Assembly: GCF_001194135.2 (NCBI RefSeq)
Contig: NC_068985.1
Coordinates: 49,265,656-49,329,655 of the forward strand
Length of the DNA: 64,000 nt
Source of the DNA: Octopus bimaculoides
Taxonomy: Eukaryota
Direction of reading: 5' to 3'
The first letter of the stretch is position 1, and each line of letters starts with the position of its first letter. Shown here in pieces: positions 27,273-41,501 of the stretch. The position numbers and the translations under genes are program-made. Below the pieces are notes generated by a model. The model ran no database searches and was not told the origin of the DNA. It saw only the letters and a list, made by a program, of their open reading frames with translations.

Positions 27273-30200
27273 ATGCATGTATATGTGTGTGTCTATTCTT
27301 GTGCTGGGATTATTTTGTCACAACTCAGAGTATCACACATGCTGTTGATCCAAGAATTACATGATCAAAAACATATTCAAAACCAAGGGGTAACAAAATT
27401 ATCTTAACACTTACAATATTTACACTTCCATATTGAACATGTTTTTCTCATTTGTAAACTCAAACGTATATGTACACGTGTGTGTGTGTGTGTGTGTACA
27501 AAGAGTATCTTGAATTTACTAGAGAAGAGAATATTCAATATGTAATAGAAAGTATATATTTTAGTTTTCAAGCTTTACTAGTTTAGTATATAACACTTGC
27601 CACACTGCAGTCTGTTACTTCACAGAGAAATATATTTACGCAGTTGTGGAATGTTCTGGAACATTCTAAAAACAACAGTTAAGGTCATGTGATAACAGTG
27701 CAGAAGGTTGAAATCCCATAAATTTGACTGCTTGGTGAGAATAACAGATGGTCAGTTGCTTTAAATATAATGTTCTTCCAAAAATATAAAAGTATGTTTG
27801 CTTAGACAAGGTGGTATAGCTCTATGTGTGTGTGTATAGGCACATGCAAACACAATGCATATATACACACATATACACACTCATGTTCAATACAGAAATA
27901 GATTCCAAGAGATTTAACACACTTATGAGTAAGATGAAATGTCATTTAATAATGCTTTCCATCATAGGCACAAAACCTGAAATTTCGCACATCACTGTAT
28001 GATGGATATATATCCAGAAATACACACACACACACACAAACACATATATGCATGCATACACACACACACATATATATATGTAGTAATGAATTCCGGGTAG
28101 AGGTAGGGGTCCACCAAGGTTCCGTCCTCAGCCCCCTCCTATTTATCATAGTCCTCCAGGCGATCAGAGGAATTCAAGACAGGTTGCCCCTGGGAGCTCC
28201 TCTATGCTGATGACCTTGCACTAATTGCGCAGTCACTATCAGAACTAAAGGAGAAGTTTAAGGTGTGGAAGCAAGGACTAGAATCGAAGGGCCTTAGAGT
28301 CAACCTAGCACAAACCAAAATCCTAATAAGTAGGAAGGTAGATAAAACACAAACCCCTTCAGGTAGATGGCCCTGCTCAGTATGCAGTAAAGGAGTAGGT
28401 AGAAACTCTATAAGATGTACCCGGTGCAAGCTATGGACACATAAGAGGTGCAGCAATNNNNNNNNNNNNNNNNNNNNNNNNNNNNNNNNNNNNNNNNNNN
28501 NNNNNNNNNNNNNNNNNNNNNNNNNNNNNNNNNNNNNNNNNNNNNNNNNNNNNNNNNNNNNNNNNNNNNNNNNNNNNNNNNNNNNNNNNNNNNNNNNNNN
28601 NNNNNNNNNNNNNNNNNNNNNNNNNNNNNNNNNNNNNNNNNNNNNNNNNNNNNNNNNNNNNNNNNNNNNNNNNNNNNNNNNNNNNNNNNNNNNNNNNNNN
28701 NNNNNNNNNNNNNNNNNNNNNNNNNNNNNNNNNNNNNNNNNNNNNNNNNNNNNNNNNNNNNNNNNNNNNNNNNNNNNNNNNNNNNNNNNNNNNNNNNNNN
28801 NNNNNNNNNNNNNNNNNNNNNNNNNNNNNNNNNNNNNNNNNNNNNNNNNNNNNNNNNNNNNNNNNNNNNNNNNNNNNNNNNNNNNNNNNNNNNNNNNNNN
28901 NNNNNNNNNNNNNNNNNNNNNNNNNNNNNNNNNNNNNNNNNNNNNNNNNNNNNNNNNNNNNNNNNNNNNNNNNNNNNNNNNNNNNNNNNNNNNNNNNNNN
29001 NNNNNNNNNNNNNNNNNNNNNNNNNNNNNNNNNNNNNNNNNNNNNNNNNNNNNNNNNNNNNNNNNNNNNNNNNNNNNNNNNNNNNNNNNNNNNNNNNNNN
29101 NNNNNNNNNNNNNNNNNNNNNNNNNNNNNNNNNNNNNNNNNNNNNNNNNNNNNNNNNNNNNNNNNNNNNNNNNNNNNNNNNNNNNNNNNNNNNNNNNNNN
29201 NNNNNNNNNNNNNNNNNNNNNNNNNNNNNNNNNNNNNNNNNNNNNNNNNNNNNNNNNNNNNNNNNNNNNNNNNNNNNNNNNNNNNNNNNNNNNNNNNNNN
29301 NNNNNNNNNNNNNNNNNNNNNNNNTAGAAACTCTGCCAAATTAGATTGGAGCCTGGTGTAGCCATCCGGTTGCACCAGTCCTCAGTCAAATCGTCCAACC
29401 CATGCTAGCATGGAAAGCGGACGTTAAACGATGATGATGATGATGATGATGATATATATATATATATATATATATATATGACACAGCATATGTATGTATG
29501 TATATTTATATTTATCATGAAGATGTAATTTTCTCGAAATGCATTTTTTTTTTCATTGTCAAATACTCTGAATTTCTTGAAATTCTGTCAAAAGATATTT
29601 GGATTTACCTAGGATCTGTATTCTACTTACATTTACTGGTGTCTAATTTTTGAATATTGTTAACCAAATTCTTTTAATACTCAGTGCTTTATTGATATCT
29701 GCCAGGATTTTTTAATCCCTTCTTTTCTTCTAGTTATATATATAAACGTATGTATGTATGTATATACATACATGCATATATATATATATATATATATATA
29801 TNNNNNNNNNNNNNNNNNNNNNNNNNNNNNNNNNNNNNNNNNNNNNNNNNNNNNNNNNNNNNNNNNNNNNNNNNNNNNNNNNNNNNNNNNNNNNNNNNNN
29901 NNNNNNNNNNNNNNNNNNNNNNNNNNNNNNNNNNNNNNNNNNNNNNNNNNNNNNNNNNNNNNNNNNNNNNNNNNNNNNNNNNNNNNNNNNNNNNNNNNNN
30001 NNNNNNNNNNNNNNNNNNNNNNNNNNNNNNNNNNNNNNNNNNNNNNNNNNNNNNNNNNNNNNNNNNNNNNNNNNNNNNNNNNNNNNNNNNNNNNNNNNNN
30101 NNNNNNNNNNNNNNNNNNNNNNNNNNNNNNNNNNNNNNNNNNNNNNNNNNNNNNNNNNNNNNNNNNNNNNNNNNNNNNNNNNNNNNNNNNNNNNNNNNNN

Positions 30201-31935
30201 NNNNNNNNNNNNNNNNNNNNNNNNNNNNNNNNNNNNNNNNNNNNNNNNNNNNNNNNNNNNNNNNNNNNNNNNNNNNNNNNNNNNNNNNNNNNNNNNNNNN
30301 NNNNNNNNNNNNNNNNNNNNNNNNNNNNNNNNNNNNNNNNNNNNNNNNNNNNNNNNNNNNNNNNNNNNNNNNNNNNNNNNNNNNNNNNNNNNNNNNNNNN
30401 NNNNNNNNNNNNNNNNNNNNNNNNNNNNNNNNNNNNNNNNNNNNNNNNNNNNNNNNNNNNNNNNNNNNNNNNNNNNNNNNNNNNNNNNNNNNNNNNNNNN
30501 NNNNNNNNNNNNNNNNNNNNNNNNNNNNNNNNNNNNNNNNNNNNNNNNNNNNNNNNNNNNNNNNNNNNNNNNNNNNNNNNNNNNNNNNNNNNNNNNNNNN
30601 NNNNNNNNNNNNNNNNNNNNNNNNNNNNNNNNNNNACTGGTGAAACCAGATGGCTACACCAGACACCAATCTGATTTGGCAGAGTTTCTACAGCTGGATG
30701 CCCTTCCTAACGCCAACCACTCTGAGAGTGTAGTGGGTGCTTTCATGTGTCACCCGCACGAAGGCCAGTCAGGCAGTACTGGCAATGGCCACGCTCAAAA
30801 TGGAGTATTTTATGTGCCACCCACACAAGAGCCAGTCCAGGGGCACTGGCAACGATCTCGCTCGAAAGTCCTTACACATGCCATGGGCACAAGTGCCAGA
30901 AATGCGACGCTGGGCACAGGTGCCATCACAATTTCGCTTTCGCTTGACCCAATAAGTTTTCGCAAGCTGAGTTTCGTGTCCAATGAGGGAGACGACATTG
31001 GCATAGGTGCCAGTCGTCGAATTTAACTCGATTTTGATTTCACTTGCCTCAACAGGTCTTCGCAAGTGGAATTTAGTGTCCAATTTAACTCGATTTCGAT
31101 TTCACTTGCCTCAATAGGTCTTCACATATATATATATATATATATATATGTTTATGTGTCTGTGTTTGTCCTCCCACCATCACTTGACAACTGAGGTTGG
31201 TGTGTTTACATCCCCTGTAACTTAGTGGTTACATATATACAATGGGCTTCTTTCAGTTTCTGTCTACCAAATCTATTCACAAGGTTTTGGTTAGCAGAAG
31301 GCTATAGTAGAAGACACTTGTCCAAGGTGCCATACAGTGGGACTGAACCCGGAACCATGTGGCTGGGAAGTAAGCTTCTTACCACTCAGTCACACACAAT
31401 CCAATTAAAATTTGTGAAATTAGAATCAATATAATAACAAAACAAAAACATCTTTTAAGGAAATATTGACCATTTTTGATATTCAGATTTAAGTCACTTT
31501 TACTCTTTTACTTGTTTCAGTCATTTGACTGCGGCCATGCTGGAGCACCGCCTTTAGTCAAGAAAATCGACCCCAGGAGTTATTCTTTGTAAGCCTAGTA
31601 CTTATTCTATCGGTCTCTTTTGCCAAATCGCTAAGTTACGGGGATGTAAACACACCAGCATCAGTTGTCAAGCGATGCTGGGGGGACAAGCACACACACA
31701 CACACATATATATAATATTTATATATTTGATCCTTTATATTGAACACTCAGTATTTCATCTACATTCAATACTTTCTTTCATGGTGCCATCCATTTTTAT
31801 TTTATTTTATTTTATATTGTATATTGTATATTATATATTATATATTGTATATTCCATATTCTATACCCCACATTAGTTCTGCAGGAATATAAATAAAACA
31901 TAAAAAACAGACAGTGTTGGAACTCTTTTAAACAA

Positions 31936-31974
<39 letters not shown>

Positions 31975-33620
31975 TACGACGGGCTTCTTTCAGTTTCCAT
32001 CTACCAAATTCACTCACAAGGCTTTGGTCGGCCTGAGGCTATTGTAGAAGACACTTGCCCAAGGTGTCACGCAGTGGGACTGAACCCAGAACCATGTGGT
32101 TGGTAAGCAAGCTACTTACCACACAGCCACTCCTGCACCTATGTGAGCAAATTTGTATTAATGTATTCCTCATCATCCTTTAACCAAAGCGAGCATGTTG
32201 CACGCTCACATGGGTTGGTTGATTTGACAGGATGTTATGGGTTTAAGAGTTACATCATACTCCAACGTCTGCTTTGGCATGGTTTCTATAATTGGAGGCT
32301 CTTCTTAATGCCTATCACTTGTACTAGGTGCTTTTTACATGGAATCAGCACCAGTGAGGTCACCATGCAGCTTGCAAGACTAAGATCACCTTCAACTGAA
32401 TGAGGGTACAGCAGAGAGAGAGAGAAACAGCTTTCTGTTAAGAGATAAAGAGATTAAAGTATGAAAGAAGAGGTCACAATGGAACTGGTACCTTACTGTA
32501 GAGGAGCAACATGTCTATTCCCATTATAGAAGAAAATATGAGAGTGGCTGGGGTGGAGCAGGAAAGAGATAAAATAGTGGTGATGAAGGGTTAGAGTGGA
32601 CCCTCAAGAAACAAGGAGAGTAAAAAAAGGTAAAGTTATCTTCTCAAGTCATGCTAACTCATAAGGGCTGGTTTCATGGTTTCCATGGTGAATGAATTCC
32701 CCACCTGGATAAGATGCTGGTCCATTGCAGGATTACCTATTTTTTGTTAGTTGAGTGGACTGGAACAACATGAAATGAAGTACTATGCTCAAGAGCACAA
32801 CACATCGCCCAGTCCAGAAATTGAAACCACAATCTTACAATCATGAGTCTAACATCCTTACCACTAAACTATGTACCTCCACTATATGAAAGTGAGAGAT
32901 GGTCAAAGATGGGGATTCGATGAATGGATGAATATAATGAAAAACTAGTGATGAGGTATAATAAGTAAGGAAGCTAAAGAATAGGTGGCAATTGTAGAAA
33001 TTGGGTTGGGTTAAAGGGTGGATGTAGTGAATGTTGGTTACATACAACTGCAGTGCATGTGTCACAAAAACTTCCAAGTTTTTTCCCAGCAATGACTCAC
33101 AATAATTTAATGAAATTAATTGATGAAAATTCTGAATAGTGAATAAAATTAAATTGAATTCCCTCACCTGAATTTCTTTCACAATAGCTGCAAATTTGGG
33201 ACATTTCTCTGCTGATTCATTCATAAGATTCATGGCATTATCAAAGTTCTTTACATATTCTGAATATAGTTTAAGGAAAGGAGCATTTCTCTTCATTAGA
33301 TCCCCAATTCTTGGTTCCGAATGCCTAGATGAAAAGAAAAAGAAAAAAATTTTTACAAATTTGAACTGAATTAGATAACGATAATGGATTTCTCAGATAG
33401 ATTCACAATCAGACAGAGAAATCTTCTAATTAAAGGCTAATTAAAGGCTAAGCACCACACATCATTTTTGTTTTTGGCACTCTAAGAAGTCTGACAATCC
33501 TTGATAATAATGATGAATATTGAACATGACAATAAGACAGATTTAGAAAAAGAAAGTTTGCTTGAAAAGTGACGGTAGAGATAATAAAGTCCGATAGGAG
33601 GAAGAGAAAGACAGAGAAAT

Positions 33621-33675
<55 letters not shown>

Positions 33676-36600
33676 TTGGTTCCTGGACCAGGCAGGGCAT
33701 TGTGTTTCTGAGCAAGGTACTTTATTTCATGTGGCTCCAGTTTACTCAAGCATAAAAGAGTACCAATCATATATTGGTGCAACTCTTATTTCTCCCTCCA
33801 GCTGAATCAAAAATAGGATGGCCAGATGGTGCCTATGCCTGCTCAGAACTACACAGGTTGCACAAACACTTAAAACAATTAATGAAGGCATGATACATTC
33901 TACCAGACCATATTTGTATGTGTGTGCAAGTGACAGCAACGGTCTTTCCTTTTCCATACATATATACCTACACAAACAGACAGGCAGACATAGAACTAAG
34001 ACAACTACTCTTTTACTCTATAAATTCCAGTCATTGGAGTGTGGTCATACTGGAGTACTGATGTACATGGTTTTTAGTTGATTACATGGACCCTGATATG
34101 TATTTCAGTCTGGTTAAGAGCGACTACTCATCACATCTTTCTACAGAAATAAACATATGTGCGTGCACACACACACACACACACTGAACTTCTACACAAG
34201 TCAACATATGGCTACAGTAGAAGATATCTATATGCCCAAGGTATTATGCACTGGGATTGAACATGGATCGATATAGTTGCAAAGTACACTTCTTAACAAC
34301 ATAGCTATGCATGACAAGTAGAATCTAACTTAAAAACAAATTTCATTTAATTTCTGGAAGCCCAAAATAATAGCTCATTCTATATTTACTAAACAATATT
34401 TTTGTAGTAGTTGTTTTTATAAAAAATATCAAAAACTTGCTATGAAGAAAGTGAAGAAGATTAAAATAAAACTTGAAGATCTTTTTTTATCTTCTTCACT
34501 TCACTAGAACAGGAAGCTGTCCAATAAACAGGAAGAATATGAAAGGTTTATGAAACAGCAGATGCAATGCTGAGCTGTTGAGATATTTATAAAGATTTAA
34601 ATAAAAAGATACTGATAACATCTGACAGATAAGCCAGGTTTATGTGAATGATTGAATCAAAAGAAATCTAGTTTTGACAGTGCAGCTATTGCGTTTCAGA
34701 ATGCAACAAAGAAGGTAGCACTGATCTAATGGATCAGAAATGCGCTGATATGAAATAAGATGGTCTTATTGATTTTATATTAATGATAGCAATGGTGATT
34801 TAGTGTGGTAGAATGACTGAATTACTGAGAGGTCATCATTCTGGTTTTATATCGTATGAGGGGTGACACTATCTTGTATTCATCTAGAGAGGAGATTGAG
34901 GTAATCAAATACACACAGACATACACACACACTAATAATATAAGGAAACTGAGGTAAGTAAATACACACAAAAACAGACATACATTGTCATTAATAAATA
35001 AGATAAAGAAGCACACACAAGCAAACATACATGTACACTGATATGTGTGTGTGTGTGTGTGTGTGTGCATACGCATGCACGTGTTTATATGTTAAGGTAG
35101 TGAGCTGGCAAAATTGTTAGCATGCTGAGCAGAATGCTTAGCAGTATTTCATTTGTCTTTATAAGTTCAAACTCTGCTAAGGTTGACTTTACCCTTCATC
35201 CTTTCAGGGTTGATAAAGTAAGTAGCAGTTGAGCACTACAGTTGATTTAATCAACTTAGCCCCTCCCACGAAATTGCTGGTCTTGTGTCAATATATAGTC
35301 TGAATTTCTTGAAATTTTACCAAAGGATATTTGGATCTACCTGTCATGCATGAGAATTTACCTGGGATCTGTATTTTACTAACATTTGCTGGTGTCTGAT
35401 TGTTGAAAATAGTTAACCAAATTCTTTTAATATTGAGCACTTCTAACTATATATATATATATTTAATTATATGTATTTATTTTATCCTAATTAATAATAA
35501 TTCAGATAGAATAAATGGGTTAATAGAAACCAGGGTAGCAAAGATCACAAAATAACTGTGGTGTAATTCCTGTTTGTGAGGCAGAAACTCCTTGATATTT
35601 TGGGTATTTGAGTATATATAAATTTAAGGAATGGAGTAAACGCATGTTATAACTGCAGTTATAACATGCGTTTACTCCATTCCGGCGCCACTTGTTCCTC
35701 ATTTGAATTCATTGTCCTTGTGAAGGATACAATGGACCTGGCAGTTATTGTTGAGGCCGCAGGTGGCACATAAGATGCACCATTNNNNNNNNNNNNNNNN
35801 NNNNNNNNNNNNNNNNCAGTACCGCCTGACTGGCCTTCGTAGGATTTTCGAGCGAGATCGTTGCCAGTGCCACTGGACTGGCTTGTGTGGGTGGCACATA
35901 AAAGACACCATTTCGAGCGTGGCCGTTGCCAGTATCGCCTGACTGGCCTTCGTGCAGGTGACACGTAAAAGCACCTACTACACTCTCTGAGTGGTTGGCG
36001 TTAGGAAGGGCATCCAGCTGTAGAAACTCTGCCAAATTTAGATTGGAGCCTGGTGTTGCCATCCGGTTGCACCAGTCCTCGGTCAAATCGTCCAACTCAT
36101 GCTAGCATGGAAAGCGGACGTTAAACGATGATGATGATGATGATGATGATGTGCATTTGTGTTTGGGTGTACCCTTGGCTTGACATCAAGAGAGGCTTGT
36201 AAATGAGCATCACTGTCATATAAGTGATGTTGTTTGTTTCCAGTCTTTCATGAAAAATATGTCAGGCCATGGGAAATCTTACTTTGCTTGGAAACAAGTG
36301 AGGATTGGAAACATGAAAGGACATCCAGCGATAGAAAATTTGCCTCAACAAAATTCTGTCCAACCCATGCAACCATGGATGTTAAACAGTGATGGTGTCA
36401 ATGAAGACGATAGAAGAGTGAAGTAATGAAACACATTAACAGATATTTACATGCATTGATATATAGAAGAGTAGAGTGGTTGACTGGCAGAGCTGGCAGA
36501 GCTGTTAGAGTACTGGAAGAATCTTCTATGATCTTTGTTCCACCTCTCTCCACTTAGGAGTTCAAATCTGGCTGAGGCCAACTTTGCCTTTCATCCTTTC

Positions 36601-39600
36601 AGGATCCATAAATACAGCAGCAGTCCAAGTAGTGAGATCAATCATTATCATCATCATCATCATCTTCTTTTCCTTCTTCAGGTGCTGAGAGCACCACCCA
36701 TCCACATAGAGAAAGGTTGGGTAATGAAACATATGCAGCATACACACTGATATACAAGTGAGTTGGTAAATCAAATGCACACACACTAATACAAAAGAAA
36801 ATGAGCCACACATATGCACACACTGATATAGAGATGAATGCTGTCATGAAACATAATAGGAGAGGGTAATGAAACACACACTTATATACATACAATAACA
36901 TGCGAGGGGGTGGGCTAAAGAAACAGATTCACACACAGTAATAGTGGACTAATGAAACACATACACACATTCAACATATATATAGGTGAGTAGGATAATG
37001 AAACACATATGTATTGAATTCCTTACTTTGCTTCCATTTCTAACAGAATCACCCATGTACAATTGTATATTTGTGTGACACACACACACACACACACACA
37101 CATACACATGAAATTAGTATCCTACTGTAATGCACAGAACATATATGGTAAGAAGGTGTAAAAACTAACACTTCCTTTTTCCAATTTGAGATTCGAAACC
37201 GAATCTAAGGATTCTCGCTCATCTGATCCACCACTGGCCAAACAGGTGTGAAAGAAATTTCTTTGTCCTGTCAAAAAATGATGGATAGTTCCCTTTTGAC
37301 CTCAGCCATGTCATTTAAGGTTCAAGTGGACAGGAGGTGACCTAAATAAGTAGGAATTTCTCCTGTGGTATGTCTGCCCTTCTAGCTGTCATACAGTAAT
37401 CCGTCAAAGGGTGGCAAAGAGAGAGACAGCCACGAGACGGCCAGCAAGTGACTTCACCAGTTAAGAAGGCAACAGAGATCCAGATATTCAACATGAACAA
37501 ACCAACACAGTAAGCAGTTGCAGAACATAAACAGACAGCACCAAATGACCAACATACACACAGACACAAAACATGTCCAGTTCTATCTCATCATATTGAC
37601 ACAGTATTTTACCCTGTTAATTTCTTCTTGACCAGCTCGAAGTAAAGTTGGTACTGTCGTGTAATGAGATTTTTGGTGTATGCAACAAGTAAATGCAAGT
37701 GTGGTTTAAATATATTATTTAAACTACAATCCAATGTTTTCCCATTTTTTTACTGTGACGTCGTCCACATGCCTATTTCATCTGCTACCTCAACATCTTT
37801 AGCTACACATTTCCCACTACAAGGGCAATCAAACAAATACACACACATGAAAGTTCCTAATGTGAAACAAATTATTTTGTCATGAAAAAAATGGAGAATA
37901 ACATTTCTAATGAAGGGTTCTATCTGAAACATAACACTTCTTCCTCTCCCTAATGCCTAAATAATTTATTCCACATTGTCAACTTTTTGAACTTACTCTA
38001 TATCCATACATTTAATCACTAATTCTCTCAGATCCTCTTGTTTCACACGTAAACACACGTAAACACACACACAAATGATTGTCTTCTCCCCAGTTTCTAT
38101 TGACCAAGTTCCACTCATAAGCTATTGGTCATCCCATTGCTATATAGTAAGAAACACTCATCCAAAGAGTGCTACACAGTATGATCAAACTTGGAGCCAA
38201 ATGGTTCTGAAGTGAATTTCTTACCCATACAGTCATTCCCAAATCTTAATTTAAAAGCATTTTCCAGGTCCCTATTCAGCTACTTCTCATCCAGTGTCAT
38301 ATCAAAGAAAGTTAAAGAAACCCTAAAAAGACTAACTAAAGCTGAATCTGGAACCAGTGCGATATCTAGACCATGGGCATATATGCAGGTTTCACTGAAC
38401 CTCAATATTTAGGTGGGGACCATGGATTAGTTGAATTGGAAGGGTATTGGACAAAAGATATTGAGGTATTTAGTAATGGCTCTTCATATTCATTCTGATA
38501 TTGAATACTGCAGTTAATTACATTTACCGTTAAATACCTTCTTTAAGTATGATACATAGACTGCTATTTTGAACTAACACTGCTTGTGTTTGCTCATAAT
38601 GATTGTTTTATTCAGCAGGCTGGCTTATTGCAACATCAGTGATTTTTAAATCACTCTTTTTTATTATCTATAAAGACAAATTTTGTTTTAGCATGCAGTT
38701 ATGAGTGAATACTTGCTACAGATGAAGCACAAAGCAGAAATGCATGTTTAGCAAAGCCACCACCACTGCTGGACGATTTTCACCTGCTGCTGCTATGTTT
38801 TTTGTATCTTTGGTAATGTACACCAATAAAAGATGCTATTTTGAGAAAAATGCTGCACTTAGATAGGCTTTCCATGATGTATCTGCTTTATGTATGATAT
38901 GTAGGTTGCTATGTCTTAGATATTAATACTGCTTCTCTTGCACATAAGGAATAAAAAAAATTAACAACTAAGAAACTGAGGCCTCATAATAATATTAGAA
39001 ATTAATACATTTTTCAAACACATATCAGTATATAGTAGATATATTCTACTGGAGGTGATCTTTCTGCTGGTAATTAAGTAGCTGTTAAATTGTTAGTAAT
39101 TCTCATGTGATGTGAGAGAAGACTAAATTGTGATGCTTATCCAATAGAGAGAGGTGTTTATAGTTGTTATTTTGATAGTTGAAATTGTTCAAGGTTAACT
39201 TCATACAGTGGGAATTACGACACCGCTCAGTAAGCAACAGATATTTGGTTTAAATCTTATAGAACCTCTTTTGCTTTCGTCTGTTTTAACTAGCATTTCT
39301 GGATATGTTATGCATGTATGTAATCAAACATATAATCATTTTTAAGTAATCTTTTTTATACTGGTATGATTTTTCTTTTGAGGCAGTGTTTTGCAGCTGG
39401 ATACCCTTTTGGACACTAATCTCTTAAGTTACCTTTTATGGTATATATTATGATTATGGTGCACTTATTCTAAAAGCTGGATACTGAAATACACAGCGGG
39501 TGTGTGTGTGTGTGTGTATTTATTATTTATTGTATTACTCTTTTACTCTTTTACTTGTTTCAGTCATTTGACTGTGGCCATGCTGGAGCACCGCCTTTAG

Positions 39601-40298
39601 TTGAGCAAATCGACCCCAGGACTTATTCTATCGGTCTGTTTTGCCGAACCGCTAAGTGACGGGGACATAAGCACACCAGCATCAGTTGTCAAGCAATGCA
39701 AGGGGGACAAACACAGACACAAACACACACACACACACACACATATATATATGTATATATATATATATANNNNNNNNNNNNNNNNNNNNNNNNNNNNNNN
39801 NNNNNNNNNNNNNNNNNNNNNNNNNNNNNNNNNNNNNNNNNNNNNNNNNNNNNNNNNNNNNNNNNNNNNNNNNNNNNNNNNNNNNNNNNNNNNNNNNNNN
39901 NNNNNNNNNNNNNNNNNNNNNNNNNNNNNNNNNNNNNNNNNNNNNNNNNNNNNNNNNNNNNNNNNNNNNNNNNNNNNNNNNNNNNNNNNNNNNNNNNNNN
40001 NNNNNNNNNNNNNNNNNNNNNNNNNNNNNNNNNNNNNNNNNNNNNNNNNNNNNNNNNNNNNNNNNNNNNNNNNNNNNNNNNNNNNNNNNNNNNNACACAC
40101 ACAAACACACACACACACACACACACACACCCATGTTGGAGGAAGTTTGTGAAAGACTAACATTCCTCAGCTTAGTAAAGATTTAGCCAGATGTGACGTT
40201 ATATTTTGTGGAGCTACTGATCTTGTCACAGATAAGGACCAATGGTAAAAGTGGATGTCAAAGAAGGAGAGAGAGAGAGAGAGAGGGAGGGAGAGAGT

Positions 40299-40351
<53 letters not shown>

Positions 40352-41434
40352 CACACATGCATGTGACTGTATATGAATAGATATATGTGTGAATGACCTC
40401 AAAATAACAGAAATCTCCATAGATTTAACCTGTGTATTCAAAACAAATTAACCAACTTAATAGCTTCAATATGTAATTTCTGCACTATCGGCAACATTTC
40501 ATACATCTCCCTCTATGTCTATTTGTATCTCCATTTTCTCTCTCTCTCTCTCTCTCTTTCATCTTCTCTTTCATGTCTTTTCAATCCTGTCTGAAATATA
40601 ACCAGAGTCTCTCAATTCTAGAAATATACTAGAAATATCATAGAATACTGACATGGTCTAACTCCACAATGTAAATTATCACAACTTCCTAAACATGTTA
40701 AAGACACCCCACTCTCTGCCATTACCACTAATGTGTACATATTAAACATTATCCAAAGGAAAATATCAAACCATCTCAGAGTTAACACCAGTAAATGAGA
40801 TTCACTTCCTCTCAGGGAAATATGTAAAGGGTTACTCAACTTACTAGAAACTGCAGTTGAATTTCCCTAACATAAATCTCTACTGCCCTAAAAAGATGAT
40901 ATCTCGAATGAATAATGTAATATTAGAGATAAGAAACCCTAAAAGCAAAAAACAGAAGACATAGTCATGGCTGGAGTAATTTAGATTGTTGGTTTGTTAC
41001 TTAATAAAAGCTAAACTGGAGTTAGAATTCTAGAGAAACATTACATGTGTCTTTCTACAAAATACTGAAGCCATTCAAGAGTTAAGAACAGCACTCTGAT
41101 GAGGGTAATCAGATTTTCTTAGAACGAATAAGACAAACTAATATATAAACATATATTCAAGTGGTTGGGGGCAGGCATATTTCATGTAATGAACCAAAAA
41201 TTACTAATTACTAATTGAAATTACATTTATATTAATGAGAACAATCATTATCCTAATTAAATCAATTAAAACTAATTAGATATAAAGTGCAGTATGGGAT
41301 GGAGTCTGATTTTTAGCAATACAATTACAACTCTGGCATGTTTCACCCTTATTAGACCTCATCAGTAAAGCATAGTTTAACTGTAATGTCAGACTTTGGA
41401 GTGACTAAAAAGGATATTATTTATATATATACAT

Positions 41435-41501
<67 letters not shown>

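Noticed and set aside
37600-37760. Open, coding-looking minus-strand stretch ending AACAGG|gtaaaa with the right phase for an alternative first exon
   Set aside because: There is an in-frame stop upstream before any ATG, no clear acceptor and no recognisable homology.
38240-38420. Possible decayed RT fragment (DIALV...LNRDLEN)
   Set aside because: No YADD motif and too degraded to assign.
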